Assembly: GCA_963843975.1 (NCBI GenBank)
Contig: CAWJMG010000003.1
Coordinates: forward strand, 1,890,001-1,922,000
Length of the DNA stretch: 32,000 nucleotides
Direction of reading: 5' to 3'
Origin: an uncultured Actinomycetes bacterium
Lineage (GTDB): Bacteria; Actinomycetota; Actinomycetes; S36-B12; CAIYMF01
The notes under the pieces were generated by a model that was not told the DNA's origin, did not search any database, and saw only the letters and a program-made list of their open reading frames with translations. The translations under genes were made by a program, and so were the position numbers. This document shows, piece after piece, positions 19,684 through 27,742 of this stretch. The stretch's first letter is position 1. Every line of letters begins with the position of its first letter.

Positions 19684-19704
19684 GGTTAGTAAAGTTTACT
19701 AACC
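19684..19704. promoter_or_regulatory. Perfect 21-bp palindromic operator candidate at the ROK repressor promoter
   Basis: GGTTAGTAAA-G-TTTACTAACC ends 3 nt from the ATG (19680). On the minus strand, TTGACG (19716-19711) lies 17-19 nt upstream of the T/A-rich hexamers TTTACT/TACTAA inside the palindrome. There is no SD. Confidence 0.55.
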
Positions 19705-19764
19705 AACTCCCGTCAAGGGCCGTCGCCCAGATTTACCGAGTCGTGACGAGAGGGCCCTCGAGGG

Positions 19765-20901
19765 TCAGCGGGCGTGTGCCCAGGCCCCCGCGCGCAGGAC
19801 GTCGAGGACCTCGAACGTGGCCGGGTCGAGCACGACGGCATCGGCCCGGCGGCCGGCCTCGAGCGCGCCGACGTCGGCGAGCCCGAGGACCCGCGCGGGA
19901 TTGCTCGAGGTCTGCCGACCGGCCCGCACGAGGGCGTCGTCGTCGGGCGAGGGCCCGGCGGCGGCGCGGAAGAGCAGGTCGGTGGTCGCCGTGCTGCCCG
20001 CGATCGTGCCGGTGCCGGCGATGCGTGCGACCCCGTCGCGGACGTCGACCTCGAGGCCGCCCAGCGGGTAGCGGCCGTCGGATGCTCCCGCCGCGGCCAT
20101 CGCGTCCGTGACGGCGACGAGGCGCGATGCATCGACGGTCGCGTCGAGGTAGGCGCACAGCGCGGGGTCGAGGTGAACGCCGTCGCGGATGAGCTCGAGC
20201 GACACACCGTCGTCCTCGAGCAGCGCCAGCACCGGGCCCGGATCGCGGTGGCCGAGCGGGCGCATCGCGTTGAAGAGATGGGTGGCATGGCGCGCGCCGG
20301 CGGCGATCGCGGCGCGCGTGGTGTCGAGGTCCGCGTCCGTGTGGCCGATCGCGGCGACCGCACCGGCGTCGACGACTGCGCGGACGGCGTCGAGACCGCC
20401 GTCGAGCTCGGGAGCCAGCGTCACCATGCGCACGACGGGGTTCGCGAGCAGTGCGCGGACCTCGTCCGGGTCAGGGCTGCGCAGCTGTGCCGGGTCGTGC
20501 GCGCCGCACTGGGCGTGCGAGAGCCACGGCCCCTCGAGATGGACCCCGGCGATGATGCCGTCCTCGGCAAGGCTTGTGAGAGAGTCGATCTCACGCAGCA
20601 TCCGGTCGCGCGGGCCCGTCACGAGCGAGGCCACGACCGTGGTCGAGCCGTGAGCCAGATGCGAGGAAGCGGCACGCGCGCTCGCCTCGACGTCCTCCCC
20701 GAAGGCCGCGCCGCCACCGCCGTGGCAGTGGACGTCGACGAAGCCTGCGACGAGCACGACGTCGCCGAGGTCGTGCACCTGTCCGTCGGACGCAGCACCT
20801 TCACCCACGGCTGCGATGCGGTCGCCGACCACGCGCACCCACCCGGGGCGCAGCACACGCTCGGGGGTGACGACCGCGGCGGCGGTGAGGACGGCATCCA
20901 T
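19765..20901 (-). CDS. nagA: N-acetylglucosamine-6-phosphate deacetylase
   Basis: FVDVHCHGGGGAAF, GVHLEGPW and IGHTDA motifs. The start is ATG 20901 (MDAVLTAAAVVTPE...) or GTG 20922. Confidence 0.9.
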   Translation of the reverse strand: MDAVLTAAAVVTPERVLRPGWVRVVGDRIAAVGEGAASDGQVHDLGDVVLVAGFVDVHCHGGGGAAFGEDVEASARAASSHLAHGSTTVVASLVTGPRDRMLREIDSLTSLAEDGIIAGVHLEGPWLSHAQCGAHDPAQLRSPDPDEVRALLANPVVRMVTLAPELDGGLDAVRAVVDAGAVAAIGHTDADLDTTRAAIAAGARHATHLFNAMRPLGHRDPGPVLALLEDDGVSLELIRDGVHLDPALCAYLDATVDASRLVAVTDAMAAAGASDGRYPLGGLEVDVRDGVARIAGTGTIAGSTATTDLLFRAAAGPSPDDDALVRAGRQTSSNPARVLGLADVGALEAGRRADAVVLDPATFEVLDVLRAGAWAHAR

Positions 20902-20956
20902 GACGCCGCGAAGATAGCCCACCCACGCCGTCGGTCCCGGTCCCTAGGCTGGGCCG

Positions 20957-21397
20957 GTGCCGCCCACCCGCACCGCGACTCCGCCGGTCCGCCACCTGAC
21001 GCGGGCCCGCGACCTCGCCGACCGGCGGTACGCCGAGCCGCTCACGGTGGCCGATCTCGCGGCGGCAGCGCACCTGTCCCCCGCGCACTTCAGCCGGGAG
21101 TTCAAGCGCGCGTTCGGGGAGTCGCCGTACTCCTACCTGCTGACCCGCCGGCTCGAGCGGGCCGCCTCGCTGCTGCGCAGCACCGACTGGACCGTGGCCG
21201 ACATCTGCATGCGCGTCGGCCTCACGAGCGTGGGCTCGTTCACCACGAGCTTCACCGCTGCGTACGGCATGTCCCCCACGGCATATCGGGCGTCCTTCCC
21301 ACCGGCGGCAGAGCTGATCACGATCCCAGGATGCGTCCTGCGCGCCTATGGGCGACCCGTGAAGGGCAGCACGAACGGAGAAGACCTGCCGGCCTGA
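20957..21397 (+). CDS. AraC-type helix-turn-helix transcriptional regulator (short form)
   Basis: 146 aa with a GTG start. LTVADLAAAAHLSPAHFSREFKRAFGESPYSYLLTRRLERAASLL...VADICMRVGLTSVGSFTTSFTAAYGMSPTAYR. Followed by a VOC gene. Confidence 0.8.
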   Translation: MPPTRTATPPVRHLTRARDLADRRYAEPLTVADLAAAAHLSPAHFSREFKRAFGESPYSYLLTRRLERAASLLRSTDWTVADICMRVGLTSVGSFTTSFTAAYGMSPTAYRASFPPAAELITIPGCVLRAYGRPVKGSTNGEDLPA

Positions 21398-21443
21398 CAC
21401 GGCCTAGGTTCGCCTCACACCGACGACGAAGGAAGGTCATCCC

Positions 21444-21866
21444 ATGCTTGCTCTCTCCACGACCCAGATCTGGGTCCGCGACCAGGACGAGGCGGTCGCG
21501 TTCTGGACCGACAAGGTCGGCTTCGAGATCAAGGAGGACGTCACCGTCCCCGAGCTCGGCAACTTCCGATGGGTCACCGTGGGCCCGCAGGGCGAGGGCG
21601 GGACCGCGATAGTCCTGATGGCGGTGCCTGGTCCGCCGGTGATGGACGACGCCACCAAGACTCAGGTCGAGGAGATCTCCGCCAAGGGCTTCGCCACGGC
21701 TCTGTTCTTCACCGTCGAGGACGCCATGGCGGAGTACGACCGGCTCGTCGCGAACGGCGTCGAGGTGACCGACAAGCCGACCGAGCAGGTCTACGGCATC
21801 GACTTCGGCTTCCGCGACCCGACCGGGAACCAGTACCGCGTCGCCGAGCGCTTCCCGATGGGCTGA
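21444..21866 (+). CDS. VOC (glyoxalase/bleomycin-resistance/dioxygenase) family protein
   Basis: 140 aa with GAAGGAAGG as SD. The beta-alpha-beta-beta-beta repeats are typical of VOC (FWTDKVGFEI...GIDFGFRDPTGNQYRV). Confidence 0.85.
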   Translation: MLALSTTQIWVRDQDEAVAFWTDKVGFEIKEDVTVPELGNFRWVTVGPQGEGGTAIVLMAVPGPPVMDDATKTQVEEISAKGFATALFFTVEDAMAEYDRLVANGVEVTDKPTEQVYGIDFGFRDPTGNQYRVAERFPMG

Positions 21867-21881
21867 CCTACGGCGTACGTC

Positions 21882-21920
21882 GACGGCCCCCGATCGCAGC
21901 TGCTGCGGTCGGGGGCCGTC
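21882..21920. terminator. Bidirectional stem-loop between convergent VOC and nudC genes
   Basis: GACGGCCCCCGATCGCAGC-T-GCTGCGGTCGGGGGCCGTC is a near-perfect 19-nt inverted repeat with one G.U pair. The innermost pairs must open to form the loop. Confidence 0.65.
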
Positions 21921-21932
21921 GTCGTACCTCGG

Positions 21933-22913
21933 TCAGGAACGGGACCAGGTGCCCGGGAGCTCGCCGCCGTACCAGGACTCGATGAGGCGGCGGGCGATGG
22001 AGACCGCCGGGGGGATGCGCAGCTCGCCGCTCTCGCAGGCGGCGCGCATCTCCCCGCGGGTGAACCAGCGCACCTCCTCGATCTCGACGCCGTCCGGGAT
22101 CGCGACGCGCGAGCCCTCGGCCAGCCGGGCGTGGTAGCCCAGCATCAGGCTTGACGGGAACGGCCACGGCTGCGAGCCGAGGTAGTCAAGGGCGCCGGGG
22201 TCGATGTCGACGCCCGCCTCCTCGGACAGCTCGCGCAGGATGGCTGCCTCGGCCGACTCCCCCGCCTCCACGAAGCCTGCGAGCGTCGACATCGCACCGG
22301 CGGGCCAGTCGATGCGGCGCCCGAGCAGCGCGCGGTCGTCGGCGTCTCGGACGAGGACGATCACGGCCGGGTCGCTGCGTGGGAAGTGCTGCGACCCGTC
22401 GTCCGGGCACGTGCGCGACCACCCGGCCTGGGTGGGAGCGGTGGCAGCGCCGCAGCGGGGGCAGCGCGGGTGCGAGGCGTGCCAGTTCGCGAGGGCCACG
22501 GCTGCGACCATCACCCCTGCGTCGACGTCGCCGAGGGCTGCGCCGAGCTCGCGCAGGCCGAGCCAGGTCGTGCCCTCCGGCTCGGGCGGGGCTTCCTCCG
22601 CGACGTCGACCAGCAGCCCGAGGTGTGCCACACCGTCCACGACGGCGAGCAGCACGCGCACGCCGCCGTCGGGTGCCTGCGACGGCGCCACGTAGTGCAG
22701 CGATGCCGATCCACGAGTGCCGGCGGTCGACCCGTCCACGACGGCCGCGGCTCGGCCGTGATGGATCACGAGCACCTTCGACGCCTCGTCGGACCAGGCA
22801 GACTCGAGCCATGCGTGGTCCTCGCGGCGCTCGGCCGCGCGGTCGAGGGTTCCGCGGGCGAGCGCGAGCGAGTCGAGCAATCCCTTGTCCGGCAACGTCT
22901 TCAGCGCTCCCAC
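21933..22913 (-). CDS. nudC: NAD(H) pyrophosphatase NudC (Nudix)
   Basis: 326 aa from GTG 22913. Zinc ribbon CPRCG...CP, Nudix box GFVEAGESAEAAILRELSEEAGV and the SQPWPFPSS signature. The upstream part of the 722-aa track ORF is shadow. Confidence 0.85.
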   Translation of the reverse strand: MGALKTLPDKGLLDSLALARGTLDRAAERREDHAWLESAWSDEASKVLVIHHGRAAAVVDGSTAGTRGSASLHYVAPSQAPDGGVRVLLAVVDGVAHLGLLVDVAEEAPPEPEGTTWLGLRELGAALGDVDAGVMVAAVALANWHASHPRCPRCGAATAPTQAGWSRTCPDDGSQHFPRSDPAVIVLVRDADDRALLGRRIDWPAGAMSTLAGFVEAGESAEAAILRELSEEAGVDIDPGALDYLGSQPWPFPSSLMLGYHARLAEGSRVAIPDGVEIEEVRWFTRGEMRAACESGELRIPPAVSIARRLIESWYGGELPGTWSRS

Positions 22914-24331
22914 GTCGAGGCGAGGTCGTCCCAGAGATAGGCCACGGCCTCGGCGCCCCTGAGGAGGAACTCGACGTCGGCCTTCTCGTTCGGCGCGTGG
23001 ATGCGATCGTCGGGCAGACCGACCCCGAGGAACACGACCGGAGCCTCGAGCACGTCGGCGAGGTCGGCCTCGGGACCGCTCCCGCCCTCGCGCGTGTAGA
23101 GCACCTCGGTCTCGAACGCGCGGGCCATCGCACGCGTGACGCTCTGCAGCGCCGGGTGGTCGAGCGGGGTGAGGCACGGGCGCACGCCGATGCGCGGGAA
23201 CGTCGCCGTCACCTCGACGCCCGTGGGGATCGTGCCGTCCGCGCGACGGTCGACGAGCCACTGCTCCATCGACATCATGACGTCCTCGTTGCGCTGGCCC
23301 GCCACGAGGCGGAACGACAGCTTCACGTGCGCCTCGCTCGGCACGATCGTCTTGCCGCCCGGCCCGGTGTAGCCCCCCCAGATGCCGTTGACCTCGGCGG
23401 TCGGCCGCGCCCACACCCGCTCGAGCGTGGTGTAGCCGGCCTCGCCGTCGGTGCCGCTCGAGCGCGCACCCAGGAGCCAGCGCGACTCGTCGAACGGCAG
23501 CGCGGCGATGAGCTCGCGCTCGCGGTCGGTGAGCGCGACGACGCCGTCGTAGTAGCCGGGCAGGGTGACGCGGCGATCGGCGTCGTGGAGGGCGGCGACG
23601 AGCCGCGCCGCGACGGTGGCGGGGTTCGGGATGGCGCCGCCGAACGAGCCGGAGTGCACATCTCCCTCGGGGCCGCGCAGGTCGAGCTGGCACTCCATCA
23701 TGCCGCGCATGCCGGTGACCACCGAGATGGTGTCGCGGTCGTAGACGCCGCTGTCGCTCACGACGACGACGTCGCAGCGAAGCCGGTCGCGGTTGTCGAT
23801 CAGCAGCTGGCGGAAGTGGGTCGAGCCCGACTCCTCCTCGCCCTCCACGATCACCTTGAGGTGCACGGCCGGGCTCGTGCGACCGGTGGCCGCGAGGTGC
23901 GCCGCGAGACCGAACAGGTGGTAGACCATCTGCCCCTTGTCGTCGATCGCGCCGCGTCCGACGAGCTCCTCGCCGTACGGCGTGGCGCGCACGAAGGGCT
24001 CGAACGGCGCGGAGTCCCAGAGCTCGATGGGGTCGACGGGCTGGACGTCGTGGTGCCCGTAGACGACGACGGTCGGCGCATCGCGGTCGTCGCTCGGCCA
24101 CTCGGCGAAGACGGTGGGCAGGCCCGGCGTGGACCAGACCTCGACGTTCGGGAACCCGGCGGCGAGCAGGCGCTGCACGAACCAGTCGGCGCTGCGCGAC
24201 ACCTCGTCAGCGTGGTCCGGGTCGGCGCTGATGCTGGGGATCCGCAGCCACTCGCTGAGGGTGTCGACGAGCTCCTGGCGGCGCTCGGCGACGTGCTGGC
24301 GGACGGCGGGATCGGGCTGCGGGCGGGTCAC
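22901..24331 (-). CDS. M20 family dipeptidase / metallohydrolase
   Basis: 476 aa from GTG 24331 (VTRPQPDPAVRQHV...). LRIPSISADP, VVVYGHHDVQP, GRGAIDDKG and a VIVEGEEESGS-type acidic motif. The stop overlaps the nudC start by 13 nt. Confidence 0.85.
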   Translation of the reverse strand: MTRPQPDPAVRQHVAERRQELVDTLSEWLRIPSISADPDHADEVSRSADWFVQRLLAAGFPNVEVWSTPGLPTVFAEWPSDDRDAPTVVVYGHHDVQPVDPIELWDSAPFEPFVRATPYGEELVGRGAIDDKGQMVYHLFGLAAHLAATGRTSPAVHLKVIVEGEEESGSTHFRQLLIDNRDRLRCDVVVVSDSGVYDRDTISVVTGMRGMMECQLDLRGPEGDVHSGSFGGAIPNPATVAARLVAALHDADRRVTLPGYYDGVVALTDRERELIAALPFDESRWLLGARSSGTDGEAGYTTLERVWARPTAEVNGIWGGYTGPGGKTIVPSEAHVKLSFRLVAGQRNEDVMMSMEQWLVDRRADGTIPTGVEVTATFPRIGVRPCLTPLDHPALQSVTRAMARAFETEVLYTREGGSGPEADLADVLEAPVVFLGVGLPDDRIHAPNEKADVEFLLRGAEAVAYLWDDLASTWER

Positions 24332-24458
24332 GCGGACGACCCTACGACCGCCCGTGCGGCTGCGCCGCCGAGGCGGGGCGTCCGGCGCGGATTGGTGGGC
24401 GGCCGGTGGTCGCGTGCGAGGATCGACGGCGAGGACGTCGACGTACAGAGGGACGGGC

Positions 24459-25673
24459 ATGAAGGGCTTCATCGGCCAGCTCACGGGCGTGCGGTTCGTG
24501 GCCGCCGCGTGGGTGATGCTCTACCACTTCCAGGTGCCGCTCGCGACGCTCGGGCTGCTCGTGCCCGTGCTGCACGAGTTCCTGCGTGTGGGCCGCCTCG
24601 GCGTCGACCTCTTCTTCGCCCTGTCGGGCTTCATCCTCACGCACACGTACCTGACCAAGCTCGGCCCTCGGATCACGTGGCCGGCGTCGCGGCACTTCCT
24701 GTGGCTGCGGCTCGCGCGCATCTACCCCGTGCACTTCGTGATGCTGAACGTCGCGGGCCTCGCTGTGTTCCTCCAGGCGAAGGTCGCGGGCGAGAGCGTC
24801 GACCGCGACTGGTTCAACCCGGTCGACTACCTGAAGCAGGCGCTCCTGATCCACGAGTGGGGCGGCAACCCGCAGCGCGGCTGGAACTACCCCGCATGGT
24901 CGCTGTCGATGGAGTGGCTGGCGTACCTGCTGTTCCCGCTGCTCGTGCTCGTGTTCTTCCGCTTCCACCAGAGGCTCGCGACCCGCTGGATCGCGCTCGC
25001 GTGGGTCGCCGCCCTCGTGCCGCTGCTCTGGTACGGCGTCGCCTACCAGGGCGACCCGTACTACATCTCCGACTGGGGATCGACGATCCGCATCCTCACC
25101 GAGTTCACGGCCGGCGCGCTGACGTACGTGATCGTGCTGCGGTTCTGGTCGGCGACGGCGGAGGGGCCGCGCCCGCGGGTGGAGAGGCTCGCGACGACGC
25201 TGTCGGTCGCGCTGCCGGTCCTCGTAGTGGCGCTGTCCGTCGTCCTCGGCCGCCTTCCGGCTCTGCAGTGGGGCGGGGCCGGCTTCGAGGACACCGCGAA
25301 CGCCGGGGACCTCCCGCCGAAGATGCACCTCACGATCGTGCCGCTCCTCATCCTCTGGATCGGCGCGCTGGCGCTCAGCCGCCGCGGTCTGTCGCGCTTC
25401 CTCGCGACCGACCGCCTCGTGCTCGGCGGCTTCATCTCGTTCTCGCTCTACATGACGCACACCGTCTGGTACGGCCTGTGGCGCGCGGTGCTCACGAGGG
25501 TCGGCATCGACGGCGGCGTGCTCTACGCGCTCGCGACGATCGTGCTCTTCGTCGGCGCCGTCGTCGTCGCCTGGCTGATGTGGAAGCTGGTCGAGGAGCC
25601 CGCCCGCGAGTGGATGCGCCGCCGCAGCGGAGAGCGCCCCAAGCCCGCCGAAGAAGTAGCCCTCGAGCACTGA
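24459..25673 (+). CDS. Acyltransferase-3 family membrane protein (OafA-like O-acyltransferase)
   Basis: 404 aa from ATG 24459. GVRFVAAAWVMLYHF...RLGVDLFFALSGFILTHTY and about 10 hydrophobic segments. Confidence 0.85.
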   Translation: MKGFIGQLTGVRFVAAAWVMLYHFQVPLATLGLLVPVLHEFLRVGRLGVDLFFALSGFILTHTYLTKLGPRITWPASRHFLWLRLARIYPVHFVMLNVAGLAVFLQAKVAGESVDRDWFNPVDYLKQALLIHEWGGNPQRGWNYPAWSLSMEWLAYLLFPLLVLVFFRFHQRLATRWIALAWVAALVPLLWYGVAYQGDPYYISDWGSTIRILTEFTAGALTYVIVLRFWSATAEGPRPRVERLATTLSVALPVLVVALSVVLGRLPALQWGGAGFEDTANAGDLPPKMHLTIVPLLILWIGALALSRRGLSRFLATDRLVLGGFISFSLYMTHTVWYGLWRAVLTRVGIDGGVLYALATIVLFVGAVVVAWLMWKLVEEPAREWMRRRSGERPKPAEEVALEH

Positions 25674-25687
25674 CCCCGACGTTTCTT

Positions 25688-25744
25688 GTTCCCCTTAGGG
25701 TCACGAAGTGCCCTTGAAGGGCGCTTTGTGACCCTAAGGGGAAC
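25688..25744. repeat. 57-nt near-perfect palindrome / long hairpin (about 28 bp)
   Basis: GTTCCCCTTAGGGTCACGAAGTGCCCTT-G-AAGGGCGCTTTGTGACCCTAAGGGGAAC. The outer 17 bp are perfect and the inner part pairs with two G.U wobbles. GC is clearly lower than in the flanks. It starts 14 nt after the acyltransferase stop. Confidence 0.75.
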
Positions 25745-25790
25745 ATCCGGGCGGTTCGCGGTTCGGGCTTTCGGCGCTTAGCGTTCGAGT

Positions 25791-26747
25791 GTGATCCGGC
25801 TGGCGACGTACAACCTCCTGCATGGCGTGCCGGTGCTCGGCGGCATGGTGACGCCCGAGCGGGACGACGCCGGCCGCGCCACCGGCCTCTCCGTCGTGGA
25901 CGACGGGCCTCTGCGCGACGCCGTGAGGCAGCTCGACGCCGACGTCATCGGGCTGCAGGAGGTCGACGTCGACCAGCCCCGCAGCGGCGGCGTCCACCAG
26001 GTGCGGTCGGTCGCCGAGGCGCTCGGCGCCGGGTGGTGGCACTTCGCGCCGTCGGTCAGCGGTACGCCGGGCGTGCCCGGCTGGGTCGAGGCGGACGACG
26101 ACCAGGAGCGGGCCAGCAACGTCCCCTCCCACTCGACCGGCTCGGGCACCTGGCGCCGCCGGAAGCCGGCCGACGAGCCCGCACAACGCCGCGCGGGCGA
26201 CCAGGAGCCCGGCCAGCACGGTGGCGTCACCACGATCGGGTCGCTGTACGGCGTCGGCCTCGTCTCCCGCCTGCCCGTGCTCGAGTGGCGCAGCACGCGC
26301 TTCGATCCCGCGCCGTGGAGCCTGCCGCTGCTCATCCCGGCCGAGCCGCGGCCCCAGTTCATCAAGGTCGCCGACGAGCCGCGCGCCGCGGTCGCCGCAG
26401 TCGTCGAGGGCGAGCACGGCCCGTTCACCATCGCCACGGCGCACCTGTCGTTCGTCCCCGGCTACAACATCCGCCAGCTCCGCGCGCTGCGCCGGTGGCT
26501 CGCCGGCCTCCCCCGCCCGCTCGTGCTGCTGGGCGACTTCAACCTGCCCGGCCGCATGCCTGCGCGCATCACGGGGTGGACGCCGCTCGTCCGCGAGCGC
26601 ACGTACCCGGTCATGAAGCCGCGCGCCCAGCTCAACCATGTCCTCGCCGACGGCCTCACCCCGGCTCAGCAGGCGAGCGCCGCAGCGACGGTTCACCCGC
26701 TGCCCGTGAGCGACCACGCCGCGGTCACCGTCGACGTCGACCTGTAG
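25791..26747 (+). CDS. Endonuclease/exonuclease/phosphatase (EEP) family protein
   Basis: 318 aa from GTG 25791. Motifs ATYNLLHG, GLQEVD, ATAHLS, GDFNLPG and SDHAAV. A ~70-aa low-complexity insertion lies between the motifs. Confidence 0.8.
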   Translation: MIRLATYNLLHGVPVLGGMVTPERDDAGRATGLSVVDDGPLRDAVRQLDADVIGLQEVDVDQPRSGGVHQVRSVAEALGAGWWHFAPSVSGTPGVPGWVEADDDQERASNVPSHSTGSGTWRRRKPADEPAQRRAGDQEPGQHGGVTTIGSLYGVGLVSRLPVLEWRSTRFDPAPWSLPLLIPAEPRPQFIKVADEPRAAVAAVVEGEHGPFTIATAHLSFVPGYNIRQLRALRRWLAGLPRPLVLLGDFNLPGRMPARITGWTPLVRERTYPVMKPRAQLNHVLADGLTPAQQASAAATVHPLPVSDHAAVTVDVDL

Positions 26748-26815
26748 CCGCTCGCGGTCGGGCCGCAGCATTCTCGCCGCGACCCGACCGACCGCGTCGT
26801 CCTGTCGGCCCGCCG

Positions 26816-27548
26816 CTAGCGCAGGTGCCGCTCGAAGAACCGCCCCGCGTCCTCGCCCGCGTGGGCCGGTACGCCGGTGTGCCCGCCGAGGTTGGCCTGC
26901 AACGTCTTCTCGGCGGAGCCGATGGCGTCGAACAGGTCGAGCATCTCCTGACGGTTGTGCGACTCGTCGTCCCACTGCAGCAGCATGTGCACCGGGACCG
27001 TGAGGCGCCGGGCCTCCTGCACGATCGGGTCCGGCACGAACGAGCCGGCGTACAGGCCGGCCGCTGCGATCCGCGGCTCGACCAGTGCCAGCCGGATCCC
27101 GACCGAGATGAACCCGCCCGAGATCGCGACCGGGCCGCGGATCCCCGGCAGTGCGAGCAGCGCGTCGAGGAGGCCCTGCCACTCCGGCACCGCGCGATCG
27201 ACCAGCGGCAGCACGAGCCGGTCGGCGATCCCGTCGAGCGGATCGCCCTGCGTCATCGCCCGACGCAGGTCGGCGCGCGCCGCCTCGAAGTCGGGGATCC
27301 GAGGCCGGTCACCGCTTCCGGGGAAGCTCGAGGGTCGCGGACGCGAAGCCGCTGCGTGCCACGCTCAGAGCGCGCTGCACGAGGCGGGGATACATCCCCT
27401 CCAGGCCGCCGGGGTGGCCGAGCAGGACGAGCGGGACCGGTCCGTCGTCGGACGCCGACGGCGTCCACAGCAGTCCGGGGATGCCGTCGAGGGTGAAGCG
27501 TTGCTCCACGACGCCGTCGTCGAGGTGGTGCAGATCGGTGAAGTCCAT
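26816..27548 (-). pseudogene. Alpha/beta hydrolase (dienelactone-hydrolase-like), reading frame interrupted
   Basis: Two track ORFs in different frames (27309..27548 and 26816..27256) join as ...FASATLELP|GSGDRPRIPDFEAARADLRRAMTQGD... if one G is removed from the GGGG run at 27320-27323. AISGG is a candidate nucleophile elbow. The span is 733 nt (3n+1). Confidence 0.65.
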
Positions 27549-27742
27549 GGTCGTTCCTTCCGGGAGGCTCGTGATCGGCGCTCCCGGGCGACCTATCGCC
27601 CGACCATGACCCCAGCGGGGAGCACCTCGATGAACGTGTTCACGGGTCTCACCTCCTCGCTGGCCAGCACGACGGCACGGACGCTAGCAGCGCCGGCACA
27701 CCGGCCCCACCTGGTTTTCGGGCGCGGCCACGCGCGACGTGG

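Noticed and set aside
25741-25790. GAAC...GTTC-containing sequence that might be a LexA SOS box, examined because of the many repair genes nearby
   Set aside because: The actinobacterial SOS box is TCGAAC-N4-GTTCGA. Here the half-sites are about 9 nt apart and lack the TCGAAC/GTTCGA flanks. I also saw no convincing box upstream of uvrD2.
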